Source: Nitrosopumilus sp.
GTDB lineage: Archaea; Thermoproteota; Nitrososphaeria; Nitrososphaerales; Nitrosopumilaceae
Assembly (NCBI GenBank): GCA_965205215.1
Contig: OZ242041.1
Span: forward strand, 1,376,001-1,440,000
DNA length: 64,000 nt
Reading direction: 5' to 3'
The notes beneath the pieces are model-generated. The model did no database searches, had not been told where the DNA came from, and saw only the letters and a list, made by a program, of their open reading frames with translations. Position 1 is the first letter of the stretch. Every line of letters starts with the position of its first letter. Position numbers and translations under genes: made by a program. Positions 39,289 to 49,136 of the stretch are shown piece after piece.

Positions 39289-39552
39289 TTGGTGACAGAG
39301 GAGGAGATAGAGTCCGTCTCGAAGCTTGTAAGGATAAAGGTGGCCGACCACCGGGAGCACATTGAAAAGGTGCGTGACATGATAAACTTCTTTGAGATGC
39401 TCGACTCGGCCGGAGTCGAGGACGACGAGCTTGTGATGGACGACGTGCCCGTGTCGCGGCTGCGCGAGGACGCGCACGAGTCCTTTGGCGGGCTTTCTGG
39501 CTATGTCAGGGAGTACCGGGACGGCTACGTCAGGGTGCCGAAGATGGATTGA
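39289..39552 (+). CDS. gatC: Asp-tRNA(Asn)/Glu-tRNA(Gln) amidotransferase subunit C
   Basis: VTEEEIESVSKL, LRED, GYVRVPK; directly upstream of gatA. Confidence 0.8.
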   Translation: MVTEEEIESVSKLVRIKVADHREHIEKVRDMINFFEMLDSAGVEDDELVMDDVPVSRLREDAHESFGGLSGYVREYRDGYVRVPKMD

Positions 39553-39568
39553 CGGGAGGCCGCGCGCG

Positions 39569-41040
39569 ATGAACCACTCCTCGATAATAAGGGCCTCGGC
39601 GCTAGAGTACGTGCAGGGCGTCACTTCAGGCGAGTTTACCGCCGAGGAGTTTCTCTCCGAGACGCTCTCCCGCATCGAGGAGGCCGAAACCCGGTACAAC
39701 GCGTACCTGCACGTGGAGGACGGCCAGAAGCTGCTGGCGCGCGCCAGGGAGATCGACCGCGGCATCAAATCCGGGCAGAAGGTGGGGCTGCTTGCGGGCA
39801 TGCCCGTGTCGATAAAGGACAACATCTGCATGCGGACAGCCGCACCACCTGCGGCTCTAGGATGCTTGAGGGGTTCGTGGCCCCGTACGACGCCACCGCG
39901 GTGTCCCGGCTGAATGCGGAGGGGGGGATTATAGTGGCAAAGGCCAACATGGACGAGTTTGCGATGGGGCTCACCACCGAGTTCAGCGCGTACGGGCCCA
40001 GCCGCAACCCGTGGAATACCGGGTACGTGCCGGGGGGCTCGTCGGGCGGAAGCGCCGTCGCGGCCGCGACGTTCGAGTGCGTCGCGTCCCTGGGTTCGGA
40101 CACGGGGGGCTCTGTGAGAAACCCCGCAAGCTTCTGCTCCGTCGTGGGGTACAAGCCCACGTACGGGCTTGTGAGCCGGCACGGGCTTGTCTCATACGCC
40201 AACAGTATCGAGCAGATCGGCCCGATCGCAAGGACGGTGAGCGACGCGGCCCTTGTTCTGGGTGTAATTGCCGGGAGGGACGAGCATGACGACACCACTG
40301 CGGATGCCGCCACCGCCACCACCGACTATCTTGAGGGCATCGAGGGGGGCGTCGAGGGCATGCGGGTGGGCATAGTCGACGAGATGACGGAGGGCGCCGA
40401 CCCGGAGGTCGCGCGGGCCGCCGAGCGGGCCGCGGGGGATCTGGAGACGGCGGGCGCCTCGTGCGAGCGGGTATCGCTTGACATGGTCGGGTACTCGGTC
40501 CCGTCGTACTATACCATCACGGCGGCCGAGGCCGCAAGCAACCTGGCCAGGTACGACAACCTCCGGTACGGCTACGACCTACCGCTTGAAGGGTACGAGT
40601 TCAACTCGTACGTGTCCGAGGCCCGCGGCCGGTTCGGGCCGGAGGTCACGCGGCGCATGATTCTGGGGGGGTACGTCTCGTCCGCGGGGCACGCAGGCAG
40701 GTACTATCTAAAGGCGCTAAAGGTCAGAGCGAAGCTGACGCGCGAGGTGGCCGATGCGTTTGCCTCCTATGACATACTGATGGCCCCGACTGTCCCGATA
40801 CTGCCGTTTAGGATAGGCGAAAAGACCGACGATCCCGTCTCGCTGTTCATGGTGGACCTCAATACCGTAACGGCCAACCTGACCCGGAGGCCCGCCGTGT
40901 CCGTGCCGTACGCGGTCTCCACGGGGGGGCTGCCAATAGGCATCCAGATGATGGCCGACTCGATGCAGGACAAAACGCTGCTGAGGGCGGCGCGGGCGCT
41001 CGAGAAGAGGAGGGCCCCGCTTCCGGAGGTGCCGGATTGA
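39569..41040 (+). CDS. gatA: Amidotransferase subunit A, split by a single-base frameshift near 39834
   Basis: Frame 1 ends ...GMPVSIKDNICMR; frame 2 continues DSRTTCGSRMLE...NMDEFAMG...GGSSGGSA...GSDTGGS. Confidence 0.93.
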
Positions 41041-42563
41041 GCGGGGACGTCAGCGGCGCGGGCGGCGCCGCCCCCGGCACGGCCGCCCCGCGGCCCGTAA
41101 TCGGCCTGGAGATACACTGCCAGATGACCAGCCTCAAAAGCAAGCTCTTCTGCCCGTGCAGGGCCGACTACCGCGGCATGGGCCCCAACGAGAACGTCTG
41201 CCCCGTCTGCATGGGCATGCCCGGGACGCTGCCGCGTCTCAACGCGGAGGCCGTCCGCAGGGGAACTATGATTGCAATGGCCCTGGGATGCGCCATACCC
41301 GAGAGGATCTCGTTTTTCCGGAAGAACTATTTTTACCCCGACCTTCCAAAGAACTTTCAGATTACGCAGCTTGACATGTACGGCGACACCAGCATAGGGG
41401 GCAGGGGCTCCATACTGGTGGACGGCGGGGCCGTGGGGATACGCCGCGTCCAGCTCGAGGAGGATCCGGGGCGCATGATATACGAGGGGGCGTCTGCCCG
41501 GAACCGCATATCACTGGTCGACTACAACAGGGCCGGAACCCCGCTGGTCGAGATTGTGACGGAGCCGGACTTTGAGGGGCCCAGACAGCTGAGGCTGTTC
41601 CTGCAGATGCTCTCGGATATGGTGGAGAACCTGGGCGTGTGCAATCCCGCCCTCGAGGGCGCGATGAGGGCGGATGCCAACGTCTCGCTTGAGGGCGGGA
41701 ACAGGGTCGAGATAAAGAACATCAGCTCGTTCCATGACCTCGAAAAGGCCGTGGTGTTCGAGATTGCAAGGCAGGAGGCGCAGCACTCCCGCGGCCTTGA
41801 GGTGGTGCAGGAGACGCGCCACTGGGACGCGGCAAGAAAGATTACCATCCCCTCGAGGCTAAAGGAGGAGGAGAAGGGCTACCGCTACCTGCTGGAGGCG
41901 GACATCCCGTGGGTGAGGATAGACGCCGAGACAGTCGAGTCGCTAAAGTCCCGTATGCCCGAGAGCGTCTCTGAAAAGAGGGAGCGGTTCGTCTCCGAGT
42001 ATATGATCCCGCCGCAGGTGGCCGACGTGCTCTCCTCTGACAAGCTGTACTCTGACCTGTTTGACGCGGCCCGCACCGACAAGAATGCCAGAGAGCTTGC
42101 AAACATCATCACCACCGACTTGATGGGGCTCGTGATGGCGTCGGCAACGGCGCCGGCCCCGGATAGTGATGCCGCCGACGGCGGCGCGCAGAAAAAGAGA
42201 AAGCGCGACGATCCCGCGCCTGACGTGATAAGCGTGGACGGGCTGCGGGATCTTGCCGACGCGGTCGCATCGGGGCAGATGGCGCGCAACTCTGCAAAGC
42301 AGGCGCTGCACGAGATGGCAAAAACCGGCAAGAGCCTCGCGGAGGTGTCCTCTGAGATGGACCTGGGACTCGTATCCGACGAGTCGGAGCTCTTGGGCGT
42401 GGTGCGGTCCGTCATCTCGGAGGAGCCGCAGGCCGCCGAGCAGGCGTCCTCGAACCCGAACACCATAAACTACCTGGTGGGCAAGGTCATGCAGAAGACC
42501 CGCGGCAAGGCGGATCCGCAGGTTACGCTGGAGCTCCTGAAGCGGTGCCTCCTGGGGGACTGA
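41037..42563 (+). CDS. gatB: Amidotransferase subunit B
   Basis: IGLEIH, RKNYFYPDLPKNFQITQ, DYNRAGTPLVE, RVEIKN, GKVM...GKADP. Confidence 0.96.
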   Translation: MSGDVSGAGGAAPGTAAPRPVIGLEIHCQMTSLKSKLFCPCRADYRGMGPNENVCPVCMGMPGTLPRLNAEAVRRGTMIAMALGCAIPERISFFRKNYFYPDLPKNFQITQLDMYGDTSIGGRGSILVDGGAVGIRRVQLEEDPGRMIYEGASARNRISLVDYNRAGTPLVEIVTEPDFEGPRQLRLFLQMLSDMVENLGVCNPALEGAMRADANVSLEGGNRVEIKNISSFHDLEKAVVFEIARQEAQHSRGLEVVQETRHWDAARKITIPSRLKEEEKGYRYLLEADIPWVRIDAETVESLKSRMPESVSEKRERFVSEYMIPPQVADVLSSDKLYSDLFDAARTDKNARELANIITTDLMGLVMASATAPAPDSDAADGGAQKKRKRDDPAPDVISVDGLRDLADAVASGQMARNSAKQALHEMAKTGKSLAEVSSEMDLGLVSDESELLGVVRSVISEEPQAAEQASSNPNTINYLVGKVMQKTRGKADPQVTLELLKRCLLGD

Positions 42564-42756
42564 CCGTCCTGTGACCGGTTCCGGCCCTCCGTTGCTGACG
42601 TAATGCCGCCGCAGTCACTGTCGCTACTATGTTGCCACCACCGCCGCAATCCTGATCGTTCAGTCTCTATACTGACTCGGTGTTTGTACCCGTGTTTTAT
42701 TGAAAGGGGGGAAATGGAGTATGCGCGCATGCGCGGACCGTGCCTCCTCTCTCTCT

Positions 42757-44055
42757 CTACGCGCGTGGCCTCTTCTTCTTTTTCCTGAGATAGCCTGCAA
42801 CCATCGGGACAAACGCGCCCACGTCGGACACGATTCCGAGCGCCTGCCAGGTGCCCCTGTCCATTAGCTTTGTTACGGTAGGCTGGCTTATGTCCACCAC
42901 CACCACCTTTACGTCGGCCGGAATCATGTTCCCCGTCGCGATGGAGTGGAGCATGGTGGATATCATGATGACCATTCTTGCGTCCTTTAGCACCTTTTTG
43001 TACTCGCGCTGGGCCTGGGCCACGTCTGTAATGACATCCGGCAGGGGGCCGTCGTCCCTTATCGAACCTGCCAGCACGAACGGTACCTTGTTCTTGACGC
43101 ATTCGTACATGATGCCGCTTGTGAGTTTCCTGCTTCGGACCATTTTTGATATGGAGCCCGCCTTGAACACGGCATTGACTGCGTCCATGTGGTTGCGGTG
43201 CCCCTTGTGGGCCAGGGTCGCGTTATGCACGTTCATCCCAAGCGAGGTGCCCAGTATGGCGTGCTCTATGTCGTGCACTGCAAGCGCGTTTCCCGCAAGT
43301 ACGCCGTCGATGTAGCCACCGCGTATCATCTCTGCAAGCGCGCCAGCGGCCCCGGTATGCACTATTGCCGGGCCCCCTACTATGATGATCCTCCCGCCTT
43401 CTGATTTCGTCCTGTGTATGTCCTCGGCGACCCTCTTTGCAATGTGCTGCGTGGGACGCTCGCTTGAGCTGGAGCTTCCCATGAACTCAAAGATGTTGTT
43501 TGCCTCGCGCGGGCGCTCCGGTGGCACCACGGCCACGCCCTCGTCGCCCACCACGATCATGTCGTCCCGTCTTACGTCCCTGATGGGGGTGCAGAACGCC
43601 CTGCCGCCTCTCACCACGATGCACTTGTCCATCATCATGTTCTCCACGTCTATCCATTCTTCGTTGTGGTAGATGCGGGTGTGGTTGTTTGTAGTGCTGT
43701 AGAACTCGTCTGGCATGACGCAGTCCCTGGGGGCCCTTCTCATGGTCACGCCGGCCGGCTGCATGGGGCGCGCCCCCTCCCTGTATACGGAATCCAGCAT
43801 CTCCTCGAGGCCTTCCTTGCTCTTGGCCGTTATGCGCAACAGGGCCCTTGACTTTTCGGTCTTCCTCTTCCCGATCTCAAACTCCAGGACGTCAAACTCC
43901 CCGTCCATGTCCATTATGGTGTCAAATATCCTGGTCAGGATCATGGAATCGACCAGGTGTCCCTTGACCTCGATCTCCTTGGAATGGGCCGTCCGGGGGG
44001 GCGGTGCCCTCTTTGCCCCCTTTGCGGTCCCTGCTTTTGCCCCCTTTGCCGTCAT
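42757..44055 (-). CDS. TIGR00300 (LOR/SDH-domain) family protein, ornithine cyclodeaminase-like
   Basis: GHLVDS, FYSTTN, FEFMGS..SSE, GNALAVHDIE, LAGSIRDDGPLPD, TMLHSIATGN, KLMDRG. Confidence 0.88.
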   Translation of the reverse strand: MTAKGAKAGTAKGAKRAPPPRTAHSKEIEVKGHLVDSMILTRIFDTIMDMDGEFDVLEFEIGKRKTEKSRALLRITAKSKEGLEEMLDSVYREGARPMQPAGVTMRRAPRDCVMPDEFYSTTNNHTRIYHNEEWIDVENMMMDKCIVVRGGRAFCTPIRDVRRDDMIVVGDEGVAVVPPERPREANNIFEFMGSSSSSERPTQHIAKRVAEDIHRTKSEGGRIIIVGGPAIVHTGAAGALAEMIRGGYIDGVLAGNALAVHDIEHAILGTSLGMNVHNATLAHKGHRNHMDAVNAVFKAGSISKMVRSRKLTSGIMYECVKNKVPFVLAGSIRDDGPLPDVITDVAQAQREYKKVLKDARMVIMISTMLHSIATGNMIPADVKVVVVDISQPTVTKLMDRGTWQALGIVSDVGAFVPMVAGYLRKKKKRPRA

Positions 44056-44199
44056 AGCACACTGCCTCCTTCCCTGCATACTAAATGTCTTGCATCCCGC
44101 GATGTTCCTACGCCGCCACGCGCGTGCGCCGTATGATCGTCCCCACACAGTCGTCATAGCGGGCCGCACCGTGACGCTCCGACTCCTCCCATTCTCGCA

Positions 44200-44547
44200 T
44201 CATGCCGGCAGTATGACGTGCCCCTCGAACTTTGGTATGCCGTCTGCCACGAGGCTCTCCTCAAGCGTTTCTGCCTGTCCCGGCGTGACCCCTTGGACTA
44301 TGGCCTTTGAGATTCCCGACCCGTCGACCAGCGCAAGTATGTACCCGCTCGTATCTGTCAGCACAAATCCCTGTGATTCGCTGACAAACGCATAGAGGTT
44401 CTCCTTGCCCACCGGCTCCCAGCTGTTCGAGTTCGGGTTTGCAAGCGCCATGGCCGGCATGGCGTTGCCGCCGGTCAGCCCGTTGAGGTACTCGCGGGCC
44501 TCCGCCACGCGCCGCTGGCCCTCCTTTAGGGCGGCAAAATACTGCAT
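44200..44547 (-). CDS. Conserved hypothetical protein
   Basis: MQYFAALK...WEPVGKENLYA...SKAIVQGVT...VILP; natural composition. Confidence 0.7.
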   Translation of the reverse strand: MQYFAALKEGQRRVAEAREYLNGLTGGNAMPAMALANPNSNSWEPVGKENLYAFVSESQGFVLTDTSGYILALVDGSGISKAIVQGVTPGQAETLEESLVADGIPKFEGHVILPA

Positions 44548-44914
44548 GATGCATGGATCCTGCGTCGCTATAAAAACAGTCGCGATGGTTGGCGCATCCC
44601 TGCGCCCCCGCGGTCTTTCTCCCGCACTCTGCAGATTGCCGTGCCGCATAGGGCCGCGCGCCGCACGCCCCCGTGCGGATTCGGCATGCGGCGCATAGGG
44701 TTTTAGAGCGCGTTTCTTGCCATAACGGGTATCGGACCCGTAGCATAGCATGGATAGTGCGGGCGATTCCGGATCGCCAGGCCGGGGGATCGAAGCCCTC
44801 CGGGTCCTCCCAAACTATCGGTACCGCGGGTGCTCGCGCGACGCCCGGCTGTGCGCGCCTGGCGGATGTGCTTCATTGCCGCGCAGCTGCCCTGCAATGC
44901 GTGGCTGTGCGGCA

Positions 44915-45502
44915 TCACACTGATGAGGCCTTGCCTTCGCTGCCACCAGCGCCGCTGCCACCCTTCCCGTGTGACGTGATGTCAGAAAGCAATGCGCCTG
45001 CTGCCTCGTCCTTGATCGACGCGTATGCTGCATCCACGAACATGGATGCGCCTGCGCGCGACGCGCGGCCGGCCCCCTCGTAGGCGACTGCCTGGAGAGC
45101 CATGTCAATCTTGTCTGCCTGCGCCACGATCCTCGCCTCTGGCGTCTCGCCTGCGCAAAATTCGTCCCATATTGAGACGTATTCTGCCCTCATCCCCTCC
45201 GGCAGCGTGGACGCAATCCGCAAAAACGCCTCCGTCTCCAGCTTCTCCTTTTTGTCATGCGGCATGCTGTCCGGCGTGATGTCCCCTATCTCCGACTCTG
45301 CTATGTCGTGCAGCAGCGCCATCTTGACTGCGCGCTCCGAGTCGAGCCCCATGGCGTCCGATAGTATCATGGCCGTGACGGCGGCCCCAAACGAGTGGTC
45401 GGCGACCGACTCGCCGTCGGACATGGAGAACTTTTCTGCCCATCCTGCCCTCTTGAGTTCCTTGAGGCCTGCCGCTGCCCTGATAAACTCGCCAAGCGTC
45501 AT
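44915..45502 (-). CDS. HD-domain 5'-deoxynucleotidase-like hydrolase
   Basis: LKRAGW, ESVADHS, LLHDIAES.IGDITP, ADKIDM. Confidence 0.92.
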   Translation of the reverse strand: MTLGEFIRAAAGLKELKRAGWAEKFSMSDGESVADHSFGAAVTAMILSDAMGLDSERAVKMALLHDIAESEIGDITPDSMPHDKKEKLETEAFLRIASTLPEGMRAEYVSIWDEFCAGETPEARIVAQADKIDMALQAVAYEGAGRASRAGASMFVDAAYASIKDEAAGALLSDITSHGKGGSGAGGSEGKASSV

Positions 45503-45627
45503 TGCGCTGTGTGCGGGTGATGCCCCTTTTACAGATATGCACGGACCGGCAGTTCCTGTACTCCGCGTCGGCGGATTGCCTGGGCCCGCCCTACAGTTAA
45601 AAGAAGCAGGCTGTTCATACGCGGCAC

Positions 45628-46242
45628 ATGAAGATTTACACCAGGACCGGCGATGACGGCAACACGGGGCTGCAGGGGGGGCTGCGCATATCAAAGTCCC
45701 ACGTCAGGATCACCGCGTACGGCGCCATCGACGAGGCGAACGCGGTGCTTGGCGTTGTCCTGTCCGGCGAGCAGTGCCCCGAGGACGTCCGTGCAGTACT
45801 AGGCCGCATACAGAGCGACCTGTTCGTGCTTGGCGCGGACCTTTCAAACCCCAATCTGGGCGATCTCGGGATCCGCGTGACCCCGGACATGGCCGAGTCG
45901 CTTGAAAAAACAATAGACAGGTTCGAGTCGGAGCTGCCCTCCCTTACGAGCTTCGTCCTGCCCGGCGGGGGGACCGCCGCCGCCTCGCACCTCCATCACG
46001 CACGCGCCGTCGTGAGGAGGGCCGAATCACTCGCGGTGGAACTGAGCGAATCTGAAGAGATAAACCTGCACTGCGCCATCTATCTCAACAGGCTCTCTGA
46101 TCTGCTCTTTGTGCTTGCACGCGTCGCGGACCGGAGGGCGGGCCGCCCCGAGACGCCCTGGCTTCCGCCGCCGCGCGACGACGCCCCCGGACCTGGCGCA
46201 TCGGGGGCTCCTCGGGAGGGGAGTGCAAACGGCAAACTTTAA
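45628..46242 (+). CDS. PduO-type cob(I)alamin adenosyltransferase
   Basis: KIYTRTGDDG, YGAIDEAN, ARAVVRRAE, YLNRLSDLLF. Confidence 0.94.
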   Translation: MKIYTRTGDDGNTGLQGGLRISKSHVRITAYGAIDEANAVLGVVLSGEQCPEDVRAVLGRIQSDLFVLGADLSNPNLGDLGIRVTPDMAESLEKTIDRFESELPSLTSFVLPGGGTAAASHLHHARAVVRRAESLAVELSESEEINLHCAIYLNRLSDLLFVLARVADRRAGRPETPWLPPPRDDAPGPGASGAPREGSANGKL

Positions 46243-46270
46243 TTTCCAAGTCCGGGCCGTCCAACTGAGT

Positions 46271-46344
46271 GCCGGGGTAGCTCAGCCCGGGAGAGCACTC
46301 GGCTGAAGACCGAGCTGTCGCGCGTTCAAATCCCGCCCCCGGCA
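46271..46344 (+). tRNA. tRNA-Phe(GAA), intron-less, CCA not fully encoded
   Basis: Acceptor stem GCCGGGG/CCCCGGC, anticodon stem CTCGG/CCGAG with loop CTGAAGA, TTCAAAT T-loop; TTTAATT TATA box near 46238. Confidence 0.96.
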
Positions 46345-46556
46345 CCTCCATACTTTTGTGCTGTTGTGTACGCGCACGGTACGCGCGCATGCCGGTGCGG
46401 TGGCGGCCGTCGGACTGCGGCATGTGGGATCCTGTCTTGCAGCCGGCAGGCATCGCCTGCATCCTGGCACGCCGTTTGGCTGGGTTGCACCGCCCGCGCG
46501 CACGGGCAGATGACGCTAAATTTAATACCCTGCAAAATTCCCGTTTTTCGACTTTC

Positions 46557-47138
46557 ATGTCCAAAAAAGATGCCACCGCAGGCAGTAAATCGTCGGCAGC
46601 CGCGTCTGCTGTCACGTCATCTGATTCCAAACCCTCTGCCAAGTCCAAAAAGAGGGTGGCCGCTACGGCAAAAAAGCGTCCCGATCCGTCACGGACACCT
46701 GCAAAGGCACAGGCAGGCGCCGCCAGATCCAGAAAGGCAAAGGCCGCAGGAGCACCAAAGGCCGCCACCAAGTCGGGATCCAAGTCACCCTCCAAGACTG
46801 CCGCCTCCAAGACTGCCGCCTCCAAGACTGCCGCCTCCAAGACTGCCGCCTCCAAGACTGCCGCCTCCAAGACTGCCGCCTCCAAGACTGCCGCCTCCAA
46901 GACTGCCGCCTCCAGAAAGAAATCTGGCGCCGCCACCAGAAAGGCTGCAAAGGCAGGCAAGGCCGCCGCAAGGGGGAAGACAAAGTCCGGAGGCCGCTCC
47001 ACCCCTGCATCTGACACGGACATGGCAGACATCGGGATAGTGATTATGGATGACGCCATAGAAGTCGATCAGGAAAAGATCAACGAGGAGCGCAGGGCCT
47101 ACCTTGAAGAGGCCCGCTCCCAGGAAGCCTTTGACTGA
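46557..47138 (+). CDS. Lys/Ala/Ser-rich histone-H1-like protein with an acidic C-terminal helix
   Basis: KAA/SKTAA repeats followed by GIVIMDDAIEVDQEKINEERRAYLEEARSQEAFD; TTTAATA near 46521. Confidence 0.75.
   Translation: MSKKDATAGSKSSAAASAVTSSDSKPSAKSKKRVAATAKKRPDPSRTPAKAQAGAARSRKAKAAGAPKAATKSGSKSPSKTAASKTAASKTAASKTAASKTAASKTAASKTAASKTAASRKKSGAATRKAAKAGKAAARGKTKSGGRSTPASDTDMADIGIVIMDDAIEVDQEKINEERRAYLEEARSQEAFD
46791..46914 (+). repeat. Coding 15-bp tandem repeat TCCAAGACTGCCGCC x8 (SKTAA)
   Basis: Eight perfect copies read directly. Confidence 0.96.
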
Positions 47139-47280
47139 GGTGTCGGCAGCAGAATCTGTCTGTATGTGCGTATGTGCGCGGGGTAGAAGTTCCGCCTGCA
47201 GTACTTGGCCTTTTCACATTGCCTGGCTTATGATATGCGCCTTGCCAAATGTTTATCCGTGCCGTCCCCGTATCATACAC

Positions 47281-47520
47281 ATGCGTGCACTGTGCCTGAT
47301 TACAGTCAGGGCCGGCCAGATCGAGCACGTGATGGCGATACTCAGAAAAAAGCGCAAGATCATAAAGCAGATGATGGTCGTAACTGGTAGGGCCGACATC
47401 AGCGTCCTGCTTCAGGGCAACATACACCAGATAAACGGAATGGTGGTGAACTTTAAGAAAATCAAGGACATCTCGTCGACGGAGACCCTGCTTGAGGTGG
47501 AGGTGAACATGGGATGGTAA
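47281..47520 (+). CDS. Stand-alone Lrp/AsnC ligand-binding (RAM) domain protein
   Basis: MRALCLI, VTGRADI, ISSTETLL. Confidence 0.8.
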   Translation: MRALCLITVRAGQIEHVMAILRKKRKIIKQMMVVTGRADISVLLQGNIHQINGMVVNFKKIKDISSTETLLEVEVNMGW

Positions 47521-47732
47521 GGGCGATCATACTTGTCAAATCCCCCAAAAAACTCATCGCGGCCAGGCTCAGGAAGATCAAGTCCGTGTCTGACTCCTTC
47601 CCCACAAGCGGGCAGTTTGACGCCGTGGCCATGATCGAGGTGGACGAGCTGGCGAACCTCAAGGACGTGGCATACCAGATACAGACGATTGGCGGGGTGG
47701 AGCGCACCGAGACGATGGTCGAGGTGCAATGA
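47514..47732 (+). CDS. Stand-alone Lrp/AsnC ligand-binding (RAM) domain protein
   Basis: MVRAIILV, SGQFDAV, GVERTETMV. Confidence 0.82.
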   Translation: MVRAIILVKSPKKLIAARLRKIKSVSDSFPTSGQFDAVAMIEVDELANLKDVAYQIQTIGGVERTETMVEVQ

Positions 47733-47766
47733 AAATGGATTTAAGGCGCCGCTCCGCACCCTATCC

Positions 47767-48180
47767 GTGAACATAAAGCACGTGGGCAACGTCATACTCG
47801 CGGTAAAGGATCTTGACAAGTCGTTAGAGTTCTACCACGAGACCATAGGGCTGCCCATAAAGAACCAGAGGAGGGCGTGGGTCGATCTGGGTGCTTCCGG
47901 GGCCCTCCTGAGCCTCCATCCGGCATCGCTTACGGCCGCACACATTGGCAGCTCCATAGAGAACGGCATCACGATAGGCTTTATCGTGGGGGACGTAAAG
48001 TCAGCAGTCGAGGAGCTGAGGGCGCAGGGAGTTACCATACACCGCGATATCGTGGAAAAGGACGCCGGCAAGAACGCGGTGATCCGGGATCCGGACGACT
48101 ATCTGATATCTCTGTTTGAGCCCAACTTTGAAGACAAGGCAGAGCAGACGGGCGGATACCAGGGATTCACTCCTGCATGA
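47767..48180 (+). CDS. VOC/glyoxalase family protein
   Basis: ILAVKDLDKSLEFY, VEELRAQGV, DPDDYLISL; GTG 47767. Confidence 0.9.
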   Translation: MNIKHVGNVILAVKDLDKSLEFYHETIGLPIKNQRRAWVDLGASGALLSLHPASLTAAHIGSSIENGITIGFIVGDVKSAVEELRAQGVTIHRDIVEKDAGKNAVIRDPDDYLISLFEPNFEDKAEQTGGYQGFTPA

Positions 48181-48306
48181 GCAACCGCTGCCTATACTGA
48201 ATAGCCGCGGCATGCTGCGCGGTAGGCGGGCTGCCTGCAAGCGACATTGTGTGAGTGGGCGGGCCCTGCAATAGTGGGAAGCGGCCGCGACCCGTTGTTG
48301 TTACTG

Positions 48307-48765
48307 TTATTGCTGTTGCTGCTGGGGCAGCCCGTGTCCGCTGCCTGCCTCGTGCTTTTCAAGGCGCCTTTTGAGGTCGGCGTTCTCTTTTAGAAGGCCG
48401 TCGCGCTCGGCCTCTAGCGCGGCGATTGCCCGATGCCCGTCATACAGCGGATGCCCGGGCGGTATCGGTAGCACTCCCGTGGAAAGCAGGCCTGACGCCT
48501 TTGCGACAAACATTCTCTTGAGCCCTTCCACTGCCTCCCTGGCCTGCAAGTGGGCGGCCGTCTCTGCACCGGGCGCCTTGTTCCTTTCTGCCATTGCCAC
48601 CGCACCGGGATCCGGTCCCGGCATCCTGATGGGCCTGCCCAGCGGTTCTGGCGGTGTCATGCCCGGGGGCTGGGCGGCGGACGGAAGCGACGCGTGCATG
48701 CCAATCCAGTATGGGTCGTATGCGCGCCTGAACACGTCCGCTTCGTACATGCCCTTCTCCCGCAT
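48307..48765 (-). CDS. Hypothetical protein with a C-terminal coiled coil (start uncertain)
   Basis: Open frame ending in LEAERDGLLKENADLKRRLEK heptads. Confidence 0.5.
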   Translation of the reverse strand: MREKGMYEADVFRRAYDPYWIGMHASLPSAAQPPGMTPPEPLGRPIRMPGPDPGAVAMAERNKAPGAETAAHLQAREAVEGLKRMFVAKASGLLSTGVLPIPPGHPLYDGHRAIAALEAERDGLLKENADLKRRLEKHEAGSGHGLPQQQQQ

Positions 48766-48960
48766 GCCGCATATTTTTGTCTTAGGCTGGCCGGCTGGCC
48801 GGAACCGCTGGCGGTGGCGTGACTGCGATCTGTATAAAATATGCATTTGTGATGTAAATTTCCTTGCTACAGGCATGGATTTGTTATTTTTTTGTGATCT
48901 CGGCTCAAGATCGCTTGATCATCGATCTTTATACTTTCATTATTTGTACCACGTTTGCAG

Positions 48961-49104
48961 ATGGAGTCCAACATGACCTGCCACAAGTGCAGAATGTCCA
49001 TAGACGCGTCCGAGCTTCACAAGATCGTCATATACGTGGTCCGCGAGAGGTTCACAGAACACCACTATGAGCATGTTGAGTGTCCCGACAGGTTTACCGT
49101 CTAG
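48961..49104 (+). CDS. 47-aa Cys/His microprotein (absent from the ORF track)
   Basis: MESNMTCHKC...EHHYEHVECPDRFTV; CTTTATA near 48927. Confidence 0.7.
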   Translation: MESNMTCHKCRMSIDASELHKIVIYVVRERFTEHHYEHVECPDRFTV

Positions 49105-49136
49105 GCCGCACGTCGGCAGCGGCGTGCACGCGGCGG

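Noticed and set aside
46271-46560. Integrated element at tRNA-Phe
   Set aside because: No integrase is present and I found no duplicated tRNA 3' end in the window; the downstream genes look native.
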